A stretch of DNA of 63,978 nucleotides, counting the filler, from Lenisia limosa (Eukaryota > Protista > Breviatea), in NCBI GenBank assembly GCA_001655205.1. It is 10 parts of 10 records of this genome, joined end to end, with 100 filler letters (N's around TTAATTAATTAA, not from the genome) between each part and the next. Parts side by side here need not be neighbours in the genome. Positions count along the whole stretch, not along the records: positions 34,526 to 40,312 come from LPNZ01001535.1; positions 40,413 to 43,205 come from LPNZ01006807.1; positions 43,306 to 51,619 come from LPNZ01009962.1; 7 more parts are not named here. One strand, given 5' to 3'. A program made the position numbers and the translations under genes. The notes beneath the pieces are model-generated. The model saw nothing but the letters and a program-made list of their open reading frames with translations, did not search any database and was not told where the DNA came from. Shown piece by piece: positions 36,451 to 49,000 of this stretch (the stretch's first letter is position 1; each line of letters starts with the position of its first letter).

Positions 36451-36570
36451 CTTTAAAAGGTTTTGTTAGCAAAAAATTTTTGTTAACTTAGGTGCGTATT
36501 GTCCACCCAGAGATGCTTTATCTTGAAATGTTGTTATTCAACAACCCCTTTTACGATATAGACAGTGAAA

Positions 36571-38460
36571 ATGAGTCACGACGAGATTGAAGAAGTAGTG
36601 GAACAAGAAACTGTTCAGAAGAAGCCAGTCTCTGCAGCAAAGAGCATTCGCAACATAAAAAGACTACTTGCCAAGAAGGTGAGAGCAAAATAAAGACAAT
36701 GAGACTGAATACTAATAGTTTTGGGTATTAATTCCGCAGGATCTTGACCCTGAGGTGCGTGCAGCTCAGGAAGCTAAGCTTAAGGGTGGGTGGTGGCGCA
36801 TGCTGGGTGATCTTGAGTGATAAATGGGTATTCTTAGACTGGGCATTATGCTTCAGTCATTTGTTTATGTTAATATTATATGAGAAAAAAGGATTGTTGA
36901 AGCTGATGCCTCTTACCTTGTCAGAGCTCGAGAACCGACCTGCTGACACCACACAAATCACGAAGGTCAACAATGACAGATTCCAAATGATCAAGTTCTT
37001 CGATAAGAAGTGTGTCAACAAACACATCAAGGTGGGAAGTGGGAAATTCTTGTGTTGATACCACATTTGTGTCGACTCCATTTCAGTCCCATACAAAGCC
37101 TTTCACCCTTAAGAGTGCCACCAAGAAGTTGAAGGAAGCCACGAAGGAGGAGGATGGTGTTGAGGTTTGTGGAGGGGTATCGATTAAGCAGCTTGGGTCA
37201 TTGAATGCAATGGTAACACTTCAGGAGGCTAAAGCTGAGCTTGAGAAGCATAATCAAGATCTGACTTACATCCTGGTATGGTATCATTTTTGTGTCTCTG
37301 GAATCTTGTATTGAGGCCTTGCGTCACTGCATGTTGTTTACGAACGAATAGAAGTTCCCCGATTCCCTTCGCTACATTCCACTGTACCCCAAGGTCGAAT
37401 CCCATTTGGTAAGCGATCCAATATCTGACGCAAATGTATGACTTTTACTGGGCTTTTTTGGACTGTAGGGAAGTGCTACTCAAAACCCTGAACTGATGAT
37501 CCCCTTATTTCGCCTGTTCTGATCCACATTATTCAGTTTCCCTATTCTTGATGTATTATTTACTGACCATTTTCCATTTTATCCCCAAGGAGTCCCGTCT
37601 TGCTATGGTTGAAGCCATCCGCAAAGACATCAACGCCTTGATCAAATTCGAAAACGGTGAGCAACTCTCCCTCTCCCATATTTCATACATATCATATGAT
37701 ATACATATTAATATGATTGATGCCCAAAAGGCGGAGTGTTGACATTGTAGACCCCCAGGCGTCAGACAAGCCAACTGTTATCACTCAGAGGGATCTTCTT
37801 GCGGTATGTTATGGAGGATATTAAGGTTCCTTTGGCCCTTAGCATCATCTCAATCAATCCCATTTTGGATCAAATTGAAGCTCTCAATGTGATCAATTCA
37901 TTTTTATCACGCCTTTTTTTTTTTTTTTTTTGATTCCTCTTNNNNNNNNNNNNNNNNNNNNNNNNNNNNNNNNNNNNNNNNNNNNNNNNNNNNNNGAGGA
38001 CAAAATGGACGTGATCCTCGACAGGGCTGAGAGGAAGGACAAGGTCAAGCTTGCTCGGATGAAGCAGAAGAAGGCCGTGATGGAGGAGAAGAAGGAAGAT
38101 GAGATGGTCACCCTAAGTGATATGAGCGATATGGAACCGGAGGAGTCTGAGGAGGAAGAAGAAGAAGAGAAGGTTGAGAAAACCGAAAAGAAGAGCAAGG
38201 AAGACAAGAAGGTCAAGAAGGACAAGAAGAAGGCAGTGAAGAAGGATGGAGAGCGTTCAACTTGCATTATCTCAGACCCTTTCTTCAACACTACTAAGGA
38301 AGAGCTGAAGATTGAAGCTGAAAAGAAGGAGAAGGAGGAGAAGAAGAAGGAAAAGAAGGAAAAGTCTGAGAAGAAAGAAAAGAAGGAAAAGAAGGAAAAG
38401 TCTGAGAAGAAAGACAAGAAGGAAAAATCAGATAAGGTGAAGAAGGTGAAGAAGGATTAA
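36571..38460 (+). CDS. EFG1: rRNA-processing protein EFG1-like with a long KKE-rich tail
   Basis: KSIRNIKRLLAKK|DLDPEVR..., FQMIKFFDKK, DLTYIL|KFPDSLRYIPLYPK follow the Efg1 pattern (IRDIERLL...MVRFFE.KK...DLNY..YFP...YISLY). ATG at 36571, TAA at 38458-38460. Confidence 0.75.
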
Positions 38461-38820
38461 ATGTAACACCTACTTAAAACAAGGAACGAGATAACATAAA
38501 GCACGTGTTTGTCTGTTTGCTACTAGTTATTCAGTCTAATGGTACTATTCAATTGCTTTGCTCTTTCTTCTCAGTGGAGGATTTGGATGTTGATGCTGGT
38601 ATACTCATTCTTTTGCAGCTCAATGCTATCCAAGCTGTGATCATTAAAAATGAAGGATAGGAAATACCAAATAGAAATTGAGAGAAAACAACTTTACCAT
38701 AAACCACGTTTCTTATCGACTAACCAAAACTGAAAATAAAAGAAGAACACTGCATTCAATCACCAAATCAAAAAGGCCTGCATTCGCCTGGGATTGGGAT
38801 AAGAAAAACGATCATCATTG

Positions 38821-40159
38821 TCACTTCTTTGGTGGTAGCACAAGACGAAGCTTTGTTTGTTTCTTGGCGGGGGGCACGGGGGCGACGGGCTCTGACGGAG
38901 GCGGCAATTTGACGTCATCGGGATGCTTCGGGACCGGTGTGTTATACTGCTGCGTGACAGACGGGAGGCCCTTGTTCAGAACGGGGAGAAGCTCGTCCCT
39001 GTGGGGTGGTCAACAAAATACTGTAATGATAGCGAAGTAATTGTCAGAAAACAACCAAATACGTTCAAAGCTTAAATGGACAGTAAAATCAGAAAAAAAT
39101 AAACAGTAGTCATGAGATTGTCAAAAAGTAGAAAAGAAGCGCTTATAGAGTAAATCCCTGCATCTCAATATTCCGGATGGGGAAAGGGCAAAAAAGAACC
39201 ATGGAACCAGAAAAGCAAACAAAGCCTAGGCCAGTCGCTTCTGTGAACAGTAAGAAAAACAAAAGCCGGGATATCCTCCTTATAAATGATTAACTTCAGG
39301 CTAAATGCCAAGCTCCTGATCGAACTTGAAATTCTGTTCTCACCTATATTTTGCCAGCATGGTGTGCTTGCCTCTTAGATGGTCATTCTTCTGCTCAACA
39401 AACTTCGTGAGCCCGTCAACATAGTCCACCGTCGAACCACTAAACAGGTAAAATTGACAGATCCCACTTTATCTGGTGTTGAAAATTCTGCCAGTCATCT
39501 TTTTATCCAAGATTACATTGTGACTTCGTCAATAAAAACTCAATGATGGAGTGACCAGACAAAGAAACACGCGCAAGGACACAAATCGAAAGGAAGAATT
39601 TAATCTGAATACCCCATCAATTTCTTTCATAACTCTCTTTGATAACATATATCACTTCAACAACAAATCATAAGTATAACACTGGTTCCATTGATGATCG
39701 TCATTCCTATGCATACACCCACCCTCCTTGTACACAGTGTTATCTTTGAGAAAAGAAGAAAAAGCTCAAACTGACCACCCCATCCCGTGCGACAAGAAGC
39801 ATATGCTTACCCGTTATCAATCTGTCCAAGAACCTCAGTGGGGACATAGAGGGAGTCAAAGGCGGTAGACGTCGACATTTCTGCCATGAGTCGCGTGGAC
39901 TCCAGAAGGCTAGTCTCAAGTTGGGCCTGTAAGATCATAAGTTGGTGATATACCACTACGCCAGCATGCTGGTAATCACAAATCACAATAGCTTGTTAAA
40001 CATCCTTCTCACATGTGCTTCCTCAGTGTAGGGATCCTGTGACGCTGAATACTCGATCTGCAACAACAAGTCGATAAGCTTGTCGAGTCTTTCAATACCC
40101 ATCTCAACCTCAGGGCTGGGTTTGGGTTCAGGCGGGACTGAGGGCCCTGGTTCGCTCAT
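38821..40159 (-). CDS. MED10: Mediator subunit MED10 (Nut2)-like with a Pro-rich, basic C-terminal extension
   Basis: IERLDKLIDLLLQIE..., LYVPTEVLGQIDNG, YVDGLTKFVEQKNDHLRGKHTMLAKYR resemble Med10 (IPLEVL.YID.G....Y......N...KGK). ATG at 40157-40159, TGA at 38821-38823. Confidence 0.6.
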
Positions 40160-40499
40160 TTTGGTTTCTCTCTCTCAATGCTGTGACTGAGACAAAAGAT
40201 TCGGCGATGTGGAGGTGAGGGAGATGGGTGTCACAAGAGGCAGTTCTCTAAAAGCTCAAAGTCTAAATTTTATCTTGTTTTACACTTTATTGCTTTATTG
40301 TTTCCTTCTACTNNNNNNNNNNNNNNNNNNNNNNNNNNNNNNNNNNNNNNNNNNNNTTAATTAATTAANNNNNNNNNNNNNNNNNNNNNNNNNNNNNNNN
40401 NNNNNNNNNNNNGAAACAAAATAAAAGTGGGAGGGGGGAAGAGAGAAGTTCATTAATCCACCATAAAAGTAAAATAAATCTGTTTCAACTTTACCCCCA

Positions 40500-43204
40500 C
40501 CAGTAAGGAACGCTTGGGGGAAGAAGAAGCCGGGAAGCCAAAAGACCTTCGGGATTCCTGTGGCTGTCAGGGGGTGAAGAAATCAATAATGGTGATTATT
40601 TTTGTTCTTAAAATATAAATAAAAAACAAAAACAATGTAATCAATCCTCCCATCCAGGTAATTCTCTGATTCATCACACCCTCCATCTATACTCCCACCA
40701 AGACCGTAAGATGATATCGATTTAGAGAATAGAATTAAAGCTCAATTGAACACCCCACCCCCAGGATAGTACTCTTGTNNNNNNNNNNNNNNNNNNNNNN
40801 NNNNNNNNNNNNNNNNNNNNNNNNNNNNNNNNNNNNNNNNNNNNNNNNNNCCCCCACCCTCAGCAGCCCAAGTAGTGAGGAATTGGACACGCTGGTTAAG
40901 ATCGGCCACCCAGGCCGCCAGGGGCTTGAGAGAGGGGTACGCCTTAGCCTCCCATAACGCCGGGACCTGGGGGGGGGGCAATATTTAAGCAATCGAAAAA
41001 CAGAACCAACAAGTGTATTAATGAGAGATGAGAAAAACAAGGTTATATATGGCCGGAACTCTCCACACCTTCACGTTTATAGATATAGCTATATTATGTT
41101 TATTGAGTAACAATAAAATTCACCCAATCATTTGCCTTACAACTTCTGTAGAGATGGTGTCTTGTTTCAATTCGTCATTCAATGCCAATCACCCCACCTG
41201 GTTATTGAAGAGGGCGTTGGACATAAGTTCTAAGTCTTCTGAGAGTACCACTAAACCACAAAGAGCCTGAGCAAGTTAAGGCTAAGAAACAGGGAAAGTA
41301 TGAGTAGGTTACTGGTGACAGGGTTAATGGGACTAATAAGGAACAATGAAAATATGTGTGCGAAAAATAAGACTGTATGTATGTTGTGAAGAGAATGAAA
41401 CAACGTGCGGATGAGAATACGAAAAACACTAGCGTGAATATTGTTATTATAAAGATAAGTCACTTTTCCCCTCCTTCCCCTGCAACTTTCCGGTGAGGGT
41501 TGGAATAATCAGAATGTATGCATGTGAACAGCCCAACATCACACCCCCGTCTTTAAAAAACAAGACAACACACTCACATAATACAAAAAAAAAAAAATAG
41601 AAATAAGAAAAAACCCCCCCGAAAGTCCCAACAGACCTTCAGTAAGTCAGACAGCGTATCCTTCATCGTTCGCAGCAGTTTGTTGTAGCGCTCCACCTCT
41701 TGGTTGAGTACACTGTTCATCGACTCCTGGTACACCATGGGATGCTTCGCAAGAATTGCTACCAAGTTAATGAGGATATTGAAACGGTGGCTGGGGTGAT
41801 ATACTTGAAACTGCCCAAGTCGGATTGAGGTTTAACCTCAGCATCATGAGTTATATATAGGGACCGGGATAAGTTTTGAGCGATTTGCTATTTGAACTCC
41901 CAAGGAAAATTGGTCATGACTTTTCCCGGTCTCTGTATACTAATTAGATACCCCACCCCCCAACAAAAACAAAAACACTCTCACCTTCGGCATCAAGCTG
42001 CTCCGGGAGGCGGCGTCTGATATCGTCGGCAACCTGTCGGATGGTCTCGTTGCGGTTACCCTGGGGGGTGATAAAGAGTGAGAGAGAAAAGAGGGGGGGG
42101 GGGNNNNNNNNNNNNNNNNNNNNNNNNNNNNNNNNNNNNNNNNNNNNNNNNNNNNNNNNNNNNNNNNNNNNNNNNGATGGACAGAAGAGAGAAACAAAAC
42201 CCTAATCAAGGGATAGAGCAAGCATATCCTATACACCATCCCACCAAGCCGGAGGAGCTCTGTTGGGGCTGAATTGCGAGAATGGTATCGAGCATTGTGC
42301 GGGTCTCGGCCTTGGCAAATGTAATGTCTGCATTGACGTGCAAGCCAAATACCTGGGAGAAAAGGGAGGAAAAGTAAATTTGGAAATTATGTCACAAAAA
42401 AAAAGAAGCCCAAAATCAGGGAATGGAACAGACCTCGGGGGCATCGTTGAGCGGGAGGGTTTTGACAGTCTGGATTAAACTGGCTAGGGTTCCTTCTGAA
42501 GGGAGGGAGAGATAGTGGCCTGCAGTGGAGGTGAGGGTTTATCTTGGGAAGTGAGAAAACACTTAGGCAATTGAAATGAGAAAACGTTGATGGGTGGAAA
42601 TGGGCAGTTTTTAAACACAAAAAGTTGGTCCAAGAAGGAAATCAAGAAGGTAGAATGGTAAGGTAAATAAACGAGGAAAATATCTTGTTTATTCAATATT
42701 GGATTTCATTGAATGTAATTGTAAGCAAAATCACTTCAAAACATAATGGAACAATTCAATAATTAAAATCCCATGAGCATTAGATAGGGCACATGGAGTC
42801 ATATCATATCCCAAAGACCAGAGGGAGAGAACGAGTAGTCGTCTGTCAGGGCTTCTTTCGTGAGGAAGTTCTAAAACGATCAGTGTCTGCTTTTTTGCCT
42901 TGGTGAATGGTGATAGTGTTGGCTAGATAAATGTAAACCGTCTGTGATAAGTCCTGATAGAGCTTATTTATTAGTCAATTGTGTCAGGACTTGGCAGTAA
43001 GGGTGTCAGGGTCGTGATAGGCTTTCCCCTTATTTGTCGTGGTTGCATATGTTGTTAATATTGCCTTGAAACAAGGTCTCGATTTGGTATTACCCTTGAA
43101 TAAAGGTCTCGATTTGATATGCCAACAAACCCTACCTTCAATAGAGTGACAAGCAGTCTTCTATCCCAGTCATCTGTGACACGACCTCCATAATTGATTT
43201 GTCC
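40500..43204 (-). CDS. Axonemal dynein heavy chain, internal C-terminal fragment (inner-arm type likely)
   Basis: GQINYGGRVTDDWDRRLL, VFGLHVNADIT, YQESMNSVLNQEVERYNKLL, VPALWEAKAYPSLKPLAAWVADL, VFWLPGFFFPQAFLTG. Confidence 0.92.
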
Positions 43205-43326
43205 ANNNNNNNNNNNNNNNNNNNNNNNNNNNNNNNNNNNNNNNNNNNNTTAATTAATTAANNNNNNNNNNNNNNNNNNNNNNNNNNNNNNNNNNNNNNN
43301 NNNNNGGGGGGTGTTTTGGTGCCTAC

Positions 43327-45650
43327 ATTGGGGAGGATTCTGTAGGAAGCAGTGCAGACAGGTGACCATTTAGCATGGACCTGACCAACACCTTTTTCGG
43401 CGTGGCAACGGACCGAAATTTCCTGGGATGTCAAATACTTTTTGAATCAAAGAAACAAAACCTTGAGATAACAAAGTTTAAACAGTTGCGAACAAGTGGG
43501 AGTAAAACTGGCAAATTTATGAAATCCCCTGAGGAGTAAAAATGGATATTACCATATTGTAACTAGAACCCCTTTGTTGACACTTAAATTTCCAATTATA
43601 TCAATTGACTTAAACTAACTGCAGGAGTACTAATATTAAAAACTAATTATGGCTTCACTTTGGTTCGAAAAATATCGACAAAATATCGATAGTTTTCGAG
43701 GATTTATCGAGAAATTCAAGCTTTCGAACCGAAGTGAAGCCCTAATAATAATAATAATCCCGGGTGGTGCAGGTATTTCCTCGGAAGGATGTTTATTTTC
43801 CCTGGAGATGGGATGCTTCTTGAAGAGACACCTACATCGAAAGACCGTCCCCATCAAAAAAGCAATTACAACAAGGTGCCAGGGTGATAATGATGGTCAG
43901 TCATACCGTCCGATAGGGGGGAATCCCAGCGGGAAAAAGACAAAGCCGTATAAAGTGATGGAACTGACAAAAAAAAACAACAATCTCGGGGATCGAACTG
44001 ACCTGCCCAGGGCCAAGACGGGCGAGAAGAATATCGTCATTCACAGGACGAGGGGGATCGGCGGCGAACTTTTCTGCCTGGTTGCCCTGAGGTACCCACT
44101 TCAATGCCGATGACATCACTGACCGGTAAGAGCTGGGTGAAGGTACGGAAAAGATTATTAGACTCGTGTACCATGAAAATGATGCTCTCTCTCCCTCTCT
44201 CTCACCATCGGTATTCCCCCCCTCTCCCCTCACCATGAGTATTTGTGTATTTCTCTGACTCGGGGGCATCGTCAGCCACGCCAGGCACACGTTCGCACTT
44301 GGCGTTGAGCGTGAAGACCAGGTTGTTCTCCTCGTTATCTGCGTTCTCTGAAAGCGTTAAGCTTGGCAAAACAAGTGTAAACCTTCGTTATCTACTACGT
44401 AAGTTATCAAAACACGGTAACACTGTTTTATCTGACCAGTAAGCTGTCAAAATATGGTAAAACGGTGTTATCTACGAAAGTAGGATGGTCATAATACTCT
44501 TATAGACTCCCGTAATTGGCAAAAATGACCACTGATGCACAAACACCAATTTCGTCTTCTTTATTTTAAAAAAAACGTTCCAATACAGGGTAAGCCTGGT
44601 AAATCTTGACAGATTTTCCTTGGGGAACCATGTAGAAAATCGGTCAAGACTTAGAATTTCTCAGGTAATTGGGGGCTCAGCCACCGGAGAGGCCTTACAC
44701 ACACTGACTATGGAAAGTCTTGAACTATTTGCTACATGATAAAACGGTATACCTAACACCATTAAATCTCGCGGAGTTTGAATATCGAGGAGTTAGAGCC
44801 AAGGAGTTTGAATCGAGGAAGGAGTTAGAATCGAGGAGTTAGAATCGAGGAGTTAGAGTTGAATTGAGGAGTGAGAATCGAGGAGTTAGAGCCAAGGAGT
44901 TTGAATCGAGGAGTGAGAATCGAGGAGCTGGAGCCAAGGAGTTTGAATCGAGGAGTTAGAGCCAAGGAGTTTGAATCGAGGAGTTAGAGCCAAGGAGTTT
45001 GAATAGTTAGAATAGAGAAGTTAGAAGTTAGAATGACATTAAAAACATATAGCAATGATAAATAAAAAACAAGGTTAAATCAAACCGAAGCCGTCCCACG
45101 CCATATATCTTATTAGAGATATGGAATTTGCCTCAGAACCGATCATGTTAAAATGTCGGTGAGAGTATACTTCGTAAGTATTCATACCTCCCTTGTGGAT
45201 GAAGGCGCTGGGCTCAGCATAGATCGGCACAAGACCAAGACGATGAGCAAGAACCTCGTCTTGGATCACAGAGGTGTTGTTGATCATGAAGACCTTCTCC
45301 ACCGCCATTGTGGGGACCTCGGCAATCATAATACGTCTGAAGGCATTGGCAATCGGGGTGTCGATTCCAATGATGTCAAAAACCTAAGAAGGATGAATGG
45401 CATCGTGTGCATCTTCTGTCAAACCATCTGGGTCTCCGTCATCGACTTAATATCAATAGTCATGCCATCTTTCAGCTTTTCCACCCACTGCGCATCTCTG
45501 TCTTCAAAAGTAGCACCCTAGAAATACCGTTAATTGATATTCCGCTTTGATAATTCAAACATTCTCAACAGCTGTGTTTGTTAAGCGAGCTGAGTTTCTG
45601 ACTTCGTCGCATATTTCCTTATGTCCTGGTCCTTCTCCAGCGCTTCCCAT
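43327..45650 (-). CDS. POLR1C: RNA polymerase I/III shared subunit AC40 (POLR1C/RPC40), 3' truncated
   Basis: [53 protein letters not shown]; LKWVPQGNQ...[15 protein letters not shown]; [14 protein letters not shown]. Confidence 0.93.
43650..43742. mobile_element. MITE M1 copy in a POLR1C intron
   Basis: TA-TGGCTTCACTTTGGTTCGAAA ... TTTCGAACCGAAGTGAAGCCC-TA. Confidence 0.85.
44773..45030. repeat. Compound minisatellite (~28-bp unit GAGGAGTTAGAGCCAAGGAGTTTGAATC and shorter sub-units) in a POLR1C intron
   Basis: Directly visible tandem units. Confidence 0.9.
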
Positions 45651-46086
45651 CTTGATTTCCCAATACAATACTCTGTTTTAAGAATTAAACAAATATTCCT
45701 GCTACTGCTACGTGATTAAAGGTTTATTTTTTCAAATTTTCTTCTTTTATAGCCACGTTGCGCGTCGTCGTACAGTTAACAATCTGGTCCGTCCGACCCC
45801 CATATTTAAGTTAGTAGTCTGTATTTGCTCTGTGTTTTAGCCTCCCTTTGGCCTCTCCGCTGTCTTTTTGGGTTGAAAAATGCTAAAATATGAGAGAGCA
45901 GATAATAAGATGGGAAACAAAGCACCAGCGACAAAAATCCTAACGCGCCATTTTCAACCTTGTGAAGAACTACCATATCCAGTAAGTCAAATGTGCCTTC
46001 CCATTTAGTCTTCTTTTTACGAGGTTTTCTACTTTTTAGCTGGTGTTCTTGAGTTTTGATCCAGTTTGGTTGGGTATTTGGAGAGA

Positions 46087-49000
46087 ATGAGATTATTATT
46101 ACTCGTATTGGCAGCTTGTCTTTCCTTGGCTGGTATGGGTCTGGATTTTTTTATCCTCTTCCCCTTTTGAAAAGCGCAATTGATACCATATTCTGATATA
46201 TCATGTCCATCTTGCTGTTTTAACAAGCCTGTCTGAAATTTTCTGGTCTATATTCGTATTACTCACGTTCTAGTTGGACAGACAAGAAGTGGCAATGTTG
46301 ATGGAACTGGCTTAGGACTGAATTTCCCGAATGTGAACAGCAGAGGAGCCCCATACGGCAATGGCAATCACCCGCCTGCCTTCCCCGACCCCAATAGTCT
46401 GACGGATTCTGACAAATTGTTCATAGTTAAACCATTGTGATAACTTTCTTGCTTCTGCATTAACAACTGCATATGCTCAGCATTCGCAGGGCAGCGTACT
46501 CGTATTTTCCTTTTTTTCTGACGTCTTCAGACCCTGACTACTCTGAGTTTGGCCGAGTTGATGAGCGCACCATCTCAAACACTCTCGCTGATCAGGTTTG
46601 TACTTTTTTTCTCTTTCTTTTCTTTCTCTTTGTATTTCTATTTAGATATGATATGGGGAAATAAACCCCTGTTTTGACTGTAGTACTTTTTGATATGTAC
46701 TATTCATGTTTGTTGTTGCTTTTTTGTTTGGTGTTTCAGATTATTCGAATTATGATTAGTACCTTTACGCCAATCTTTCATCGATAGCTCCTTTGTTTAA
46801 TTAATTCTATTTGTTTTGGTTTCACAAATGTTCCAATTTTACCCCCCTTCCCCCACAGAGCGGAAGTATCACCTCTCGTTTTGGTTTCTCTGACTTGATG
46901 TGGACATGGGGCGAAATTGTCAGGTATGCTGGGGGTGGAAGGGGGGGTAAAAACATAGCAAATATATTTTGTACATCGTTGCTGTTTTGATAAATGTCCT
47001 ATTGTCACGATATCTGTACTACTCTCCATTCTAATTCTATACTCCCCCCCCTCCCACTATCAGCTGCCGATATCTATTCCAATACCAGCCAACAGAATGT
47101 CATAAATTCTCCATTTTATCCCCATCTCCAGTCATGAATCAGCTTGCCCATTTTGTCTTAAGCCATTTGTCATATTTTATGTCAGTTATACCCTGTCACA
47201 CTCCAGCAATATTTTGACACTAGTAATTTGTCATCTTTTTCCTGCTATATTTTGACTTCGTAGTCACGATGTCAACAACGTCCAAATGGGTGGTGGAACT
47301 CGCACTTTGACTGTAGGAATGGCTTCACCCGGTACCAAAGAGTCCGGTAAAAAATAATATCCTTATTTTTTTGGAGGATTTATGGAGTCTTTTTTTGTAA
47401 CTGAAGTAAAGGCCGTCTTTTTCTGGCTCATCTGAATATGGCGGGAATTATTTTTGGTGTCTATTGTTAAATAATACAAAGTGATAAAAGTGGCTCATTA
47501 TCCTTCTTTTGGCGTGAAGGTCTAGTAAACATCAGGTCTAGTAAACATCATTCCATCTTCATCAACATTTTTTATTTTATTTTTTTCATTATCCTTTTTT
47601 ACTGTTATCATCCAACAGAGTTGATTCGGGCTTTTTTTGTGTTATAAATTCTCCATTTTTACGCCCCCCCCCNNNNNNNNNNNNNNNNNNNNNNNNNNNN
47701 NNNNNNNNNNNNNNNNNNNNNNNNNNNNNNNTCTCCTTTTCCAAGTCCGTGTTCTCCAACGGCAACGCCATCAACACCGTCACGGGTTGGCTTGACGCCT
47801 CCGTTGTCTATGGAAGGTGGGTCACTACTGGTGTTTTAATCATGTTGATCGAGGGTTTTCGAGGGGTTTTCAAGGGTTTTTTTTTAGTTTTTCGAGGGTT
47901 TTATCATGTTTATGGGAGGTAAGGGATGGCTTTGGTCGTGATATGTTGAGGCTTATCAGGTCTATCGAGGGTGAATTGAGGATTTATCGAGGTTTTATTT
48001 AGGTTTTTTCAAAGGATTTTCGATAGTGTCATTGAATCATCAAGGATTAATCAAATTTTGACCTTTTAGCTCCGATGGATGGCTCAGTCAGCTTCGTCAG
48101 CCGAATAGCCCCCTCCTCAGATCACAGACGATCAACGGCCAAGAGTTCCCGCCAAACTTTGTGAACGGACAAATGGGCGAAGTCAACATGTTTGGATGTA
48201 GGTCAGTGTTTTGCTCATGACTTACTCTCCAGTGTATTACTCGTTCATTTCTCACCCTCTTAGCGGGCAGACTTTTCGCAGTCGGCGATGCCCGTGCCAA
48301 CCAGCAGCCGCTTCTGGTACGCCACATGTTCTTGTTAACAATGCAAATGTATATACTACTTATAAATGCCAATATCTCTTCTTAATACTATTCAAAACTC
48401 CAGTATTTCTATGCTGTAAGATGGAAGCTAGCATTCATAGAAGTTTTACTTTTCGAAAACACGATTTCATTAGTCGATAAATATTTTTACAAAACGCCAA
48501 TATTCCCCCAAATATTTAGTCAACAGAGTTGATTCTGTGTTTGTTATTTACATAAGAATTCCATGTTTAGTATCTTTACAACAATATTCTCCATTAAAAT
48601 TTCCTTTGTTTTACTCCTTTTTTTTAAGATGTCTCTGCACATCCTCTTCTTCCGCGAGCACAACCGTCTTGCCCGTTTAATTGATGAGTTCCAACCCTCA
48701 CTCTCCAACGAGCAGGTCTTCCAGCGCGCCAGAATGTTGGTGGTGGCGCTACACTGGGGGTGAAAATGGAAAGCTGTAGTGGGATGGCGCATTGACTTGG
48801 GTTTCTAATGTACAGTTAGAACATGGGAATTCCATAATATTATCTGGAAATCTGAAATAATATTATGGGAGTCCTTCGACCCCCCCCCCCCCCCNNNNNN
48901 NNNNNNNNNNNNNNNNNNNNNNNNNNNNNNNNNNNNNNNNNNNNNNNNNNNNNNNNNNNNNNNNNNNNNNNNNNNNNNNNNNNNNNNNNNNNNNNNNNNT

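Noticed and set aside
36465-36485. AAAAAATTTTT in the PLRG1/EFG1 promoter as a yeast-like RRPE element
   Set aside because: Too likely by chance in AT-rich DNA, and not clearly shared by the UTP7, NIP7 and POLR1C promoters.
37893-38417. 174-aa Phe/Ser-rich minus-strand ORF
   Set aside because: It is the antisense shadow of the EFG1 Lys/Glu-rich tail.
44773-45030. Repeat array as a possible CRISPR or telomeric repeat
   Set aside because: There are no unique spacers, the units are degenerate and tandem, and the array lies inside a eukaryotic intron; it is an ordinary minisatellite.
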